A stretch of 64,000 bases of DNA from Octopus vulgaris (taxonomy: Eukaryota), in contig OX597818.1 of assembly GCA_951406725.2 (NCBI GenBank), positions 93,868,001-93,932,000 on the forward strand, given 5' to 3'. The notes below the pieces were generated by a model that saw nothing but the letters and a program-made list of their open reading frames with translations, had not been told where the DNA came from and did not search any database. Made by a program: the position numbers and the translations under genes. Each line of letters starts with the position of its first letter. Positions within the stretch are counted from its first letter, which is position 1. Shown in pieces: positions 37,915 to 49,966 of the stretch.

Positions 37915-38767
37915 TACTTTCTCAAGTCATACCAACTCATAAAGGACAGTTTCCCAGTTTAACGGCATATATATTCTCCGCTTGGATGGGATGCCAGTCA
38001 ATCACATGATTACTCATTTTTGCCAGCTGATGGATTGCAGCAATGAGAAATGAAGTGTTTCGCTCAAGAACACAATGCATTGTCCAGTTCAGGAATCAAA
38101 ACCACAATCTTATGATCATGAGTCCAACATCTTAACCTCTAAACCACATGCCTCCACATCAGTTGAGCACTGGAGTTGATGAAATTGACTTAATCCTCCC
38201 CAGTTATTTGCCTTGTACCAAAATTTGAAACCATTATTTAGATGCTGTTTGGAACATAAATGAACACAAACTTTTAGGTGCAGGGTTTTCATTTAAATCA
38301 TTTTGAAACAAGAAGTTTGTATCATAGGACCAGATGCAGTATCAGTTTGGTTGGTACCATAAAGGTTAACTTTCACTTATGCTTTGCCTCTTATGTAAGT
38401 TAACATTAAACATCCAACAGATCTTGACCATCTCATTTCTGTGCAGCGTCCACGTCTGAACCTACACATCAGCATCATCATCACCATTGTCATTATCATC
38501 ATTGTCATCATCATTTAGTATCTGTTTTCCATGCTAGCATGGGTTTGGCCGGATCTGGCAAACCAGAGAATTGTGCCATGATCCACTGTCTGCTTTGGCA
38601 TGGTTTTTATGGCTGGGTGTCCTTGCTAATGCCAATGCCCTTCCTACTGTCAAATGCCCTTCCTATTGTCAACACACAGCCCTAAGAATAATTATTCTTA
38701 CCAACTGTAATTGATGTGTTTAATTAACAACTCATAAATTCATTAATTTATTTTGTGTCATTTCAAG

Positions 38768-38984
38768 GACCATACCAACCACCAATATACCCAGGTGGAA
38801 GCACTTCATACCAACATGGACCAAATATTGCACCTCAGCCAGTCCTTGTTGTTCAAGAGATGGGATTCGGCCCAGAACCAAAAGAAATGGTGTGCCCCTA
38901 TTGTCAAGCTTACGTCAGAACCTCAACAGAATACCAAACCGGAGCTTTAACATGGCTGGTCTCTGGACTTCTTTGCTTATTTGG
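38768..38984 (+). CDS. LITAF: LITAF-family protein, coding exon 2 (first CxxC knuckle and hydrophobic segment)
   Basis: Acceptor tttcaag ends at 38767 (phase 1). Translation ...FGPEPKEMVCPYCQAYVRTSTEYQTGALTWLVSGLLCLFG matches the LITAF domain N-half. Donor GG|gtaaat at 38985 is phase 2. Confidence 0.93.
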
Positions 38985-39461
38985 GTAAATTCTCTATTTA
39001 TTGTAATTATTTGAAAAATCATAGAAAATCAATCAAAATGCCTTTCGGTATTTATAATATTTTACATTGTGAGCTCAAAACCTTATGAGAGCATCTTTAC
39101 TTTTCATCCTCTCAGGGAAGATAAAATAAGTACTCATTAAAAACTGAGGTCAATTAATTTTAATTTGTATTATTAACAAAGTACACAAGAAAAGGAGGTA
39201 ATATGAAAGCTAAGCAAGTTTCCACAGCTGAAATTCTGATAAGCTGTTTATATATCTTTCTTAACATTTTCTCAAGTCTTCCCTGTTCCTTCTTTATTAC
39301 AGTTTATTCTGTTTGATCTGTAGTGAAGTATTAAATATCATTAAATGTTGACTAAAGTGTTATGAAACGTTCAACGCTTAGCTTTTTATTCACATACTTC
39401 ATAGCAAACTTTATAATGAGACAATTATTTATAATAAGTGTAGGTCGTATACGAGTGGGTA

Positions 39462-39908
39462 TATGTTTATAAAAAAGAAGTTTGAAAACGCCACTATATA
39501 ATATGAATTTTAATTTTCTTAGAAATTTTACATGTTTTGGTTCTTCTTGAAAAAACGAACCTTATCAAAAATATTTAAAAAAGTTAAGTGTAATAAAAAA
39601 GTTCATAATTGTTTCTTACTGGTCTCAACAGAATCCAAGTGGTGGTTTTTTTGTGGGGAGTAAGCATAATAGCTGTCTTATTTATTTGAACACATAAGAC
39701 AGCTATTATACTTACTCCCCACAAAAATCCCACCATGTGAATTCTGTTGAGACCAGTAAGAAACAATTATGAACTTTTTTATTACACTTAACTTTTTTAA
39801 ATATTTTTGATAAGGTTCGTTTTTTCAAGAAGAACCGAAACATGTAAAATTTCTAAGAAAATTAAAATTTATATTATATAGTGGCGTTTTCAAACTTCTT
39901 TTTTATAA

Positions 39909-39913
<5 letters not shown>
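39462..39913. repeat. Long near-perfect palindrome with about 220-bp arms and 12-nt loop
   Basis: The arms are readable as reverse complements along their whole length. Loop at 39682-39693. Confidence 0.96.
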
Positions 39914-39945
<32 letters not shown>

Positions 39946-39949
39946 TGTA

Positions 39950-40014
<65 letters not shown>

Positions 40015-40374
40015 ATATACTCATATATCTGGGTTGTTGGTGGCTAATTTTTGAAGTTCATCAGGAGGGTGTACCTCTGATGTCACACCCACACACACAC
40101 TCATACAGCTGATACACTGGCCGACACATACATTCACATATTCATGCACACAAGTACTCACACATGGCTGATATACAACTGCACCCATATATACACATAC
40201 CCTAGGAAACACACACAAATGAGCTGATGCTATCAGCTCTCACCCACATGCCAGCCTATCCAACTCATAAATACACACACATAAGTTTTAGATATCCACA
40301 TATACACATGCATACAGCTACCACTCACACACATCCTTGCTGGCCACGTATCTGATGTCCTGCAAGTCTCTACA

Positions 40375-40756
40375 AAGCAAGAAGTCACCAGTTTGTACCT
40401 AATATTCAAGCATGCTATGGACCTACAATTTTTGGCTTCATGGGTCTTTTTGTTCTTGGGGATAAGAGTAGCCTGTGTAACCATCAGCCAATTTATTATA
40501 TCTAGCTCAGCATCCATTGTTTCTTCAGATAGGTTTATAAGAGTTTCCCTGTAGAATGTGAGCTTTTTGTACCAGTAGCCTTCTATCAAGTCTCTCTCAG
40601 GTGATTTTCCATTCTGAAGTTACATAAAAACCACCAGGAATGTTTCACTGATGATGTTATATGATTTGGGAGAAGCATTTACAATACTCACTTCGTAGGT
40701 CGCGTAACCATGCTGCATTGCGGTTGTGCTCTTTGGTTACATTCCAGATTCCCTGC
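40375..40756 (-). mobile_element. Non-LTR RT fragment (R4/NeSL-like)
   Basis: GYWYKKL...TLIPK...KNCRSIACLNIRYKLVTS and IW...EHNRNAAWL. Confidence 0.7.
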
Positions 40757-40815
40757 TGTATGTATGTATGTATGTATGTATGTATGTATGTATGTATGTA
40801 TGTATGATGTATGTA

Positions 40816-40852
<37 letters not shown>

Positions 40853-41229
40853 ATGCATGTATGTATGTGTGTGTGTGTGTCTGTGCGTGCATGCATGTCT
40901 TTGTCCATCACCACTGCTTGATAACCGGCGTTGGTATACTTACGTCCCTGCAACTTAACAGTTCAGCAAAAACATTAGATAGAATAAATATCAGGCTAAA
41001 ATAAAAATTTTTTATTGGGGTCGATTCGTTCGACTAAAATAAGTAAAGGATAAACATAAAAGATTAAAGGAATATAAAATATATGAAGTTAGAAATTAAA
41101 ACTACAAAATGCTAGCTTTGCTCTGGACACTCGTCAAGGGAAATAACTTTTCATCGCTTCAGTCTAGATGAGCTTCGTATCTCCCTCGCACTCAGAGTAG
41201 GATCTGACGTAAACCTCTCGATTCTATAA

Positions 41230-42250
41230 ATCGGTACTTTTCAGTTATCTCCCCACATTAAAAAATTAGGTTATCTCCCCACATTTTATGAAAAATATCG
41301 GTACTTTTGGTTAGCTCCCCCAGCTAAAAATATTGTTTAACCCTCATTAAAAAAAAAAAAATGAAAAATTAATAAACATGAAAACTGAAAAAAATCTTAT
41401 TGAATCTCATAATATTTTTATAACAAATCATACCATGCCTATTGTTAAAAGTCAACAATGTGTTGAAGTATTGAATTAAAAGGATCTAACCCTTTTAATC
41501 CAATCTCTTGTTGCCTAATAAACTTGTACATATATGAATCCTGTAGACTTCTGTGAGTGCCATTTTGTCTTTTACTTTTTTCTTTAGCACTCTTCCAAAG
41601 TCTTTCGATATTTTGGGTGTGAGCTCTATTAGTAGGGTTGACAAAGTGTAGTGAATGATTAACAGCAAGATATTGAAAATGACTAATATTAATAAAATTT
41701 TTATATGCTGACCATTCGTCACTTGTACCTGGTCTTATATTATTTTCCATCATTGGAAGAGGTGTTGTCGCAGACCTGTCAGGGACAATAAACATGAAAC
41801 ACTCTGTTGTTTCTCTCCAAATACCTCCCAAACCCCATTGTCGAGGTAGTTGACCTCTGACATAATTTTTTCTTTTAGTGAACAAACATTTATTTCAACA
41901 GTCATGTTGGGTCCTCCAATCACTCTTTGGTTAACCAAAATGTGTGCAGCATAAATTTCTCTCAAATAATTATTCCAGTCAACAACGCAACTGGCTTTCA
42001 TTTTGAGCTTATGCTCACAAAATTCGATACTTGTGATGTTGTGTGCCCAGCAATATATGAAAAGTGCTGCTTTACGAAAAGATAAACATGAATTAGCAAA
42101 TCAATTATTTGTTCTTAGTCTTTTTTCTTGTCTGCATCCACGAATTCTATACCGCCATCTATTTTGACTTCAAACTGAGAAATTCATAAAATGATCATTG
42201 TTGCATTGACTTTCTTGATGAAATTGGATGTTTCATCTTTGCAAATATTG
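41230..42250 (-). mobile_element. Merlin (IS1595/ISXO2-like) transposon remnant
   Basis: VDWNNYLRE, IGGPNMTVEI, KRK...RG, VPDRSA, SDEWSAY and VNHSLHFV...HTQNIERLW. Subterminal repeats gttatctcccc at 41240-41320. Confidence 0.88.
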
Positions 42251-42279
42251 CTTAGACATAAAAAAGAATCCTTAGGTAT

Positions 42280-42440
42280 CCTTAGGAATGAGAACCAAGG
42301 TTCAAAATTTCCACAAGACACCTGAAGAAGGCTGGAGGGTATATCAGCTGAAACGTTGTGTTAACAACAAATAAGATGAAGACAAATATGTGTCGAATGT
42401 AAATAATGTACAGAATTCCTCATCTCTTAAATATAGAACA
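42280..42440 (+). mobile_element. Solo Penelope pLTR 3' fragment, same family as 3730-3870
   Basis: Matches the reverse complement of 3730-3866. Confidence 0.88.
42317..42362 (+). ncRNA. Minimal type I hammerhead ribozyme (PLE type)
   Basis: gacac-CTGAAGA-a-ggctg-gagggtatat-cagct-GAAAC-GTT-gtgtt. Stem III is the palindrome AACGTT. Confidence 0.78.
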
Positions 42441-42826
42441 GTAAGAAACTTGTTCTGGTCCCGTCTTTCGTACTTTAAATTCTTATCTCTTAGCTCCCTT
42501 CTTCCACTGTAGTTCCATTCATCTGAAGGGAACCTTAGTCTTGCAAGGTACAAGGCAACCTCACTTGTGCTGGTGTCATGAAAAAAAGCATCCAGTACAC
42601 TCTGTAAAGTGATTGCCATTAGCAAGGGCATCCATCCATAGAAACCATGCCATAACTGACATTGGACTACACACAATGCAGTTGGAGTCTACTGAAGCAC
42701 TCAACCTATGCCAACATGGAAGATGGATGTTAAAAGACAATGGTGATGATAATGTTCTTTATAATGAAAAAAATGTAAGGAGAAACTGTAACATTGTATT
42801 GATTTTGGAATTGTTTGTAACTTTAA

Positions 42827-42958
<132 letters not shown>

Positions 42959-44430
42959 ATCCTGTACTGTTTGCACTGCATGTCAAATCCATATAAGCAG
43001 AATATTTTGTTTTTTTCTTCCCCATATATATATATATGTATGTATGTATGTATATTTCAAATATATGTTAGTAAAGATGTACATGCAAAACTTGCAGTTT
43101 AATTCTTGTGTCAGTTAATAGTAAAAGGTAAATGTATGTTTTAAAATAGAGAGTTTCTAGGAAATCTAATATAAAAACTTGAAACGAAAGCATGGAAATT
43201 TACTAGAAAATAATTATATAAATAAAACAATTAAAACAAAAACGAACTTGAAATTTGAGATTTAAAAGTTTTCTCTCATTCTTATAAAAAAAACAAAACA
43301 AATTTGAAATAAATTATTTCTTCTCTTTTATATGAAATATATTCACATTTCTATTCTCCAAATACCTTATATTTACTTGTTGGTATTTTAACTATCTCTT
43401 AATTCATCCTGCAAATTATTTATTTAAAAACTATTTTCCCTGTCTTCATAGGAAATAAGATTATTTAATGATTAAGAAAGCAATGAAAGACCACTCCTCT
43501 CCACTTTGCTTTGAGATTAAAAATTGATCTCGTATTGGTATGTGTGATAACATCCATATATGTAGCAGTATAGAGTCTTAAGTCGAGAGACACATATGGT
43601 GCTGAATTGACAGGGGACTGTGTACAATTAGCTCCTATCACTGATTTTGTGATGTGTCTATGACCTAGAAGCTCAAATTTCAATAGGAGATTCTTTATGT
43701 GGTCTTCAACCTGCTAAAAGTATATTCTGATTCTCCTTTAAATTACATCTTACCATCTTAAAAAAGGGAATTACACATTGGCTGATGCAACTTTAGACAC
43801 ACCCTTTATCCAAATGTAAGATTGGATAATCATAACTAGAACATCTCTGATCATAGGTGTGTTTTATCAGAGCTGACCTGGTACTCAACAACACAGTCTT
43901 GCTTTCAGTTCTATCACCATCATTATCATTCTAATGTTGATAGAAAGGGAAGCCATCACAGGTATGAATAATGATCCAGTTGTGGGATACTTGTGGCTCC
44001 CTTCACTAGATCACTATGCAAGCCATAAGTAAAACACACCAAAACACTCTACACTTGTATGCATGTGTATTCTTTTGTATTTTCATCATTGCATATTATA
44101 GTTTCTATTAGTTGTAATATGATGTCAGGTACATGTAATGAGATAGTTGAAGGATACCTGTGCCTTCACATGATTGATTATACGTCAAGACTAACACATG
44201 CACACGTGTGTCATTGTATGTGTGTATGTCTCTCTCTCTCTGATTCTTATTGCTCTTACTGTGCACACAATAAGTCCTGTGATGATGGTGTTTAAACATA
44301 GAGTGATGATGGCATTGAAAATTGACCACAACAACAATGACATTAACAGGAATGTTAAAAAAGAACATAAACTAAAGTATGATAATGATGATGACAATGA
44401 TGACAATGATTATGATGATGACGACGATGG

Positions 44431-44466
<36 letters not shown>

Positions 44467-46261
44467 CGATGACGACGATGAAGAAGTAGTTGCAGTCGAG
44501 GTGAAAAAACAACAGCCACTGTGTTTGCTATATCAGCACGTTTTTGCTGTTGGTAATAAGGTGGAGATGGTGTCGTAGGATTGATAGATATAAGGTGACA
44601 GATCTATTCTAGACATACAGTCAGGTTGTATGTGCATGAAAGAGAGTAAAACAAAATAACAAAAGAACATGAGTTGAAGAACAGATGATGATGATGATGA
44701 TCTTGATGATTATTGCGGTTGTGGTGGCAGTAGTGGCAGTGGCTATTAATATGATAATGACGACGACGGCAAAGATGGTGGTGAGTGTAGGGGTGAAATT
44801 TACTAGAGAGAGAAAAAGTAAAGATCTTATTCTTTATGTGGCCCAACAATCAAGATGCTAAGTTTCAGGCAATAGTGATATCCCTGTTTCTTATCATATA
44901 CTATGAGTATATCTTCACTTAGGAAATTTCTGAAGAACTACATCCCTTCTCCAACATGCTCCCTTATCTACCCCCACTCCACCCCAATTATTTCACTTAA
45001 ATTAACATCATGTGGAAAGACATGAATATGACGACTTCCTATTTGTATGTCATGTTATTCTCCATCTTCAAATTAAAATTAATGAAACCACGAGTGAACA
45101 TTTGACAATATGTTATGTTATGTGTCTTGCTCAGAGAAAATTTTAACGCAGAACCTGAACGATTAAGTTTATTCTATCTTCATTTTTCATTAATCCCTTC
45201 CGTAGCTCAATTTCTAGCTTTCTTATCTATCACAAGTTAAACAGTATTTGCTGATGGGTAATAAAATATAACTCAGTTATGTCCCTTTACAACATTACCG
45301 TTATAGTGTTATAAAGTACTCTTTTTTTTTTTGTTTTTTACCTTTTTATATTTAGATAAAAGTAATTTTAGTATCTGAGGAGGAAAAGTGAGTGTCTATA
45401 GCTTTTCCATGTGTATTTTTAACTAAAATCTAGGAACTGCTGAGTAAGGTCTGTTAGAAGTATAGTTACTGTTCAGGAGACATGTTTGAAAAATCATGGG
45501 TTAAAAGACAGTCATGAAATAAACATAAATAAATGAATTATAAAAAAGCTGGAATAAAAAATAGCCACTTTTGGGAGAGTAAAATAGTGTCTTAATCAAC
45601 TATTTTCCACTTTCTAAGCAAACAAAGGAAGATGGTGAATGGTGAAGTAAAAAATTAAATTTTTACATTCATTTGAACAGTGAATACTCAAAATTGAATA
45701 CAAAACAAAACTGTTTATCAAATTATACAGTGAACATTAAGTATAAAGTTTAGGTGAATAATTTGTCAATATTTCAGTCAAAAGTGAAGAGGCAATAAAA
45801 TTTATATCTAATTTCCTCCACTTTCCTCTTTCTACTCTTTCCTCCTCTCCTTTTTCTTTCTTATCCCCTCCTTCTCATTTTGACCAATAAGCAATCTTTT
45901 AACTTAATTAACAATGTTAACACAATGGTCAATCAAAGCACCTTTGACTATTTGTAATTCTGACTAAAAGGTATTGGTTTACAACAGAAAGTTCTACAGA
46001 AAATAACAATGGTTTTGATTACTTTATTGTATAAACAATTTCATATATTTTTGACATTTTGTTATTTGTCAAAAAGAATTCAGTTTATAAAGTACCACTT
46101 ACGAAAGAATCATAATTATTCTAAATATCTGCATGTTTCCATGCTTCTCTCTCATTTCTACATGCATGCATACATACATACATACATACATACATAATAT
46201 ATACCTAAGTACATACATATATGCATACGTAAGTACATACATACATATGTACGTATGTATG

Positions 46262-46292
<31 letters not shown>

Positions 46293-46301
46293 GTATATAT
46301 A

Positions 46302-46334
<33 letters not shown>

Positions 46335-46487
46335 TTAGAGTGGCGATCATGATTGGAATCTGATGAATGGAAATGTGAAACTCTGAGTTACAGTTCTGTG
46401 ATGTATTTGCAGCTTTAATTACTCTACCTTCAGTATTCAAGTACTATTTTCTACCACCTTGTTTTAGCATATATGTGTTTACTCATA

Positions 46488-46520
<33 letters not shown>

Positions 46521-46585
46521 GGGACTTAAATGAACACTTGTATTTATCCTTATTTTTCCAACACACACACACACAGGTGAGTTTG

Positions 46586-46619
<34 letters not shown>

Positions 46620-47351
46620 CATATGCATACATACATACATACATACATACATATAAAGAATAATATGCTATATGTATGTATGTTATTATAATTATCAGTT
46701 TAATAAATAAATAAGTGAACATTTTAATGTCCAAAATTTGATGAACCACCTATTGTTCTCCTCCATTTTCTTATTTGCGATATATATGTATATATACATA
46801 TATGTACATACAGACACACACACACACACACAATTATTCTTTCTTTCTCAACCCAATATATCCTGACGGATGGCGTGGGGGGGAATCTGACATAACTCTC
46901 ACCACTGTTTAGTTGACCACAAAACTAAAATGTTTACGCAAGACAGACAGTTGTCTACCTGACAATTCCATGTTTATAATAAAAAGTTTCTTTATAACCA
47001 CTTAAACAGAACAGCAGTAGCATTCTATGTTTTTTTCTTTACAAACTATCTCAGCAATTGCTATGACATTTTATATATATTTTTGATTCTCCTTAGTTTA
47101 TTATATTATAATAGCCTGAAATATCAGTTTGTTTTAGATTTCTAAATTTTTACATTTGTGTAAATCTCTTTGTTGTCTTGAATAGTTTTTGTAATTTTTT
47201 TTTATTAAAAAATTTTTTTTTGTTTTAAAATTTCCCCCTCATCAGAAGCAAATTCAAAAATTTAGTGTTAGATGGTGTTTGTTTGAATATATGTCGACAT
47301 AATACATATATACATACATACATACACACATATGTTAAATGATGATGGGGA

Positions 47352-47452
<101 letters not shown>

Positions 47453-47816
47453 GATTTAGAAATAGAAAGTACTTGGTATGGTATTATGTATTTTTAAATA
47501 ATTTATTCAGTTTGATAATTAAATGTTCATAAATCAATGGAAAAATTATCCAAAGAGCCATTCCTATTCAATTTTTTCAAATATAAATATAAATATAGAT
47601 ATACATGCATACATACATACATACATAGACATATATATATGAACACACACACACACACACACAAACACACAGAGCAGTTGCCATATTTCATTCCATAATG
47701 GTTATATGAGAGCAGGGTTACATAATTGGATTGTTACATAATACTCTGTTGAATCCCTCGTGTGAAACTAATTGGTAGGATCAGCTGTAATGTGTATATA
47801 ATACTGTACACTTTGA

Positions 47817-47905
<89 letters not shown>

Positions 47906-47948
47906 TTATATGTATATATATATATATATGTATATGTATATATATATG

Positions 47949-47979
<31 letters not shown>

Positions 47980-49011
47980 ATATGTACTTTTGTTGTTTTA
48001 CTTCTTTCAATCATAGAACTGCAAATCTATGCCCATACTATTTATCTTCTAGAAGGGTTTAGTTGATTAAATTGACCATATATTTTATTTTTAAGCTTGG
48101 TACTTACTGTATTAGTCTTCTTTTGCTAAACTTCTAAGTTACTGGGATGTAGACAAGCCAAACATCAGCCCGTTTGTGATAAATATCTAAAAGTTTTTTT
48201 TAACTATTCTATGTTTGATCATTTTGGAAGTTGCAGGTAATTGTAGCTAGTTGATATATCTGTCATAGGAAGATCATGAACATGGGAAACATTAGAGTAA
48301 CAGATTAAATGCAATGAGGAATTTAGTTATTTAGTCTGTTTATGTTCTGAATTCAGATCCTGTGAGGCTTTATTCCTACCTATCATTCTTCTAAGATGGA
48401 TAAAGCAAGTACCAATCAATAATGGATTGATTTATTTGACTCTACCTTAAAAAAACAAACACAAAAACAAAACAAAGAAAAATAGCTTGGTCTTGTGCCT
48501 ATGTTAAAAACCTATAGATATCACATACATATACTGAAATATTTCCCCTGTAAATACCTTTATTGCATTTTGTTCAGTTTTGTATGCCTTATTTTATAAA
48601 TAAACTTTGTTGAAATAATAACTTAATATGTAATTATTCTCTCGTGTGTCACTATCTTAGCCACTAGTTGGAATAAAGGTTTCAGAATAAATATGTATTT
48701 AAAACCAAGTTTTGTAGTACCTTGAAGTATCATAATTTGTTTCTGAACCAATATTTCTGTTTACCCACGTAATTTTGCTATGACATTGTACTGTATCCTC
48801 CAAACTTCACTCGGCAAGAAGGTTATGTGTTTTTAAATATGCAAAATTTGGTTAAGTGAACTGAGTTCTTTAGTTTTAAAGGTGTGTTTGGTGCAAATAG
48901 AAACATATACATATTTATATCAACATGCATACTCTCACACATAAACACACACACACACGTACAGATGTGCAGGCATACACACAAACATGTATACATACAT
49001 ATATATATACG

Positions 49012-49058
<47 letters not shown>

Positions 49059-49118
49059 ACGAGTGAGTAGACAAACGAAATAAGGGCACTCAATGCATTT
49101 ATTGGGAGTTACATGTAT

Positions 49119-49265
49119 GGATCAAAATAATTTGATTCAAACTCCTTCGCACTCTGAGTTTCAAGTGTGTCGCTAGTCTTCGGCTGTCGAGGTCTAATAG
49201 CCGAAGACTAGTGACACACTTGAAACTCAGAGTACCAAGGAGTTTGAATCAAACAGTTTTGATCC
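49119..49265. repeat. Inverted repeat with about 67-bp arms and a hammerhead-like core
   Basis: ggatcaaaa...tcttcggct versus agccgaaga...ttttgatcc. Confidence 0.92.
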
Positions 49266-49864
49266 TTAATTTTTATATATATTATATTTTCTGAAATTTG
49301 ATTTAGTATTTCTAAATTGAATTTTTCCCTGTAAGTTAGGAATAATATTCCCTCAAATAATTATTACATATATATATATTCTGTAAATCATTTATCCGAA
49401 AGAGAAGCACCTGCCTCACCGGAAGTACATTTTACTACCGATTAGTTCAATAACTGATATGCAGTAAGAGTCCTCATCTATAGTTCGTCTTTTACCATCT
49501 CGTAAAATGGCCGCTGCCTTTGTAAAGGTCTGATAACTACAAATTCCGATAGTTTTTTCAATTCTAGGTAGAATTTGTGTTGGAACCGATAAGATATAAT
49601 TATGATTTTTAGCATAACCACAAAACTGCAACTTAATGATGAAGAAATAGTTTATTAAAATCTACTTTAATATTCAATTAAGACTTATTTTACCAACCTC
49701 AATATGTTTGAACACAGAACGGAAATATACGTAACTGAATACAGCTAGACATTTTGTTCAATGTTTCACTAATCGTGCCATTTGCAGCTGTTGTATTCAT
49801 ATTAACAGCAGTAATAAAATGGAAGCGATGATATCACTACTACAGCACGATATCACATTCATTG

Positions 49865-49874
49865 ATGACGTCAT
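49865..49874. promoter_or_regulatory. Perfect CRE/ATF palindrome ATGACGTCAT upstream of paralog 1
   Basis: Full TGACGTCA site, identical upstream of paralog 2 while nearby flanks diverge. Confidence 0.45.
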
Positions 49875-49966
49875 AGTTGAAAGTAAATTGTTATTATTAA
49901 ATCATTTAGTTTCATTTCTCTACATTGAGGATAAACTTCAGGTGACCAGAATGAATAACACGGAAA

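Noticed and set aside
44198-44578. Poly-Asp ORF
   Set aside because: It is a (GAT)n microsatellite with no splice or homology support.
48540-48620. 3'-end-like U-rich segment with AATAAA (possible distal LITAF polyA site)
   Set aside because: AATAAA is common in this AT-rich DNA and the call needs transcript data.
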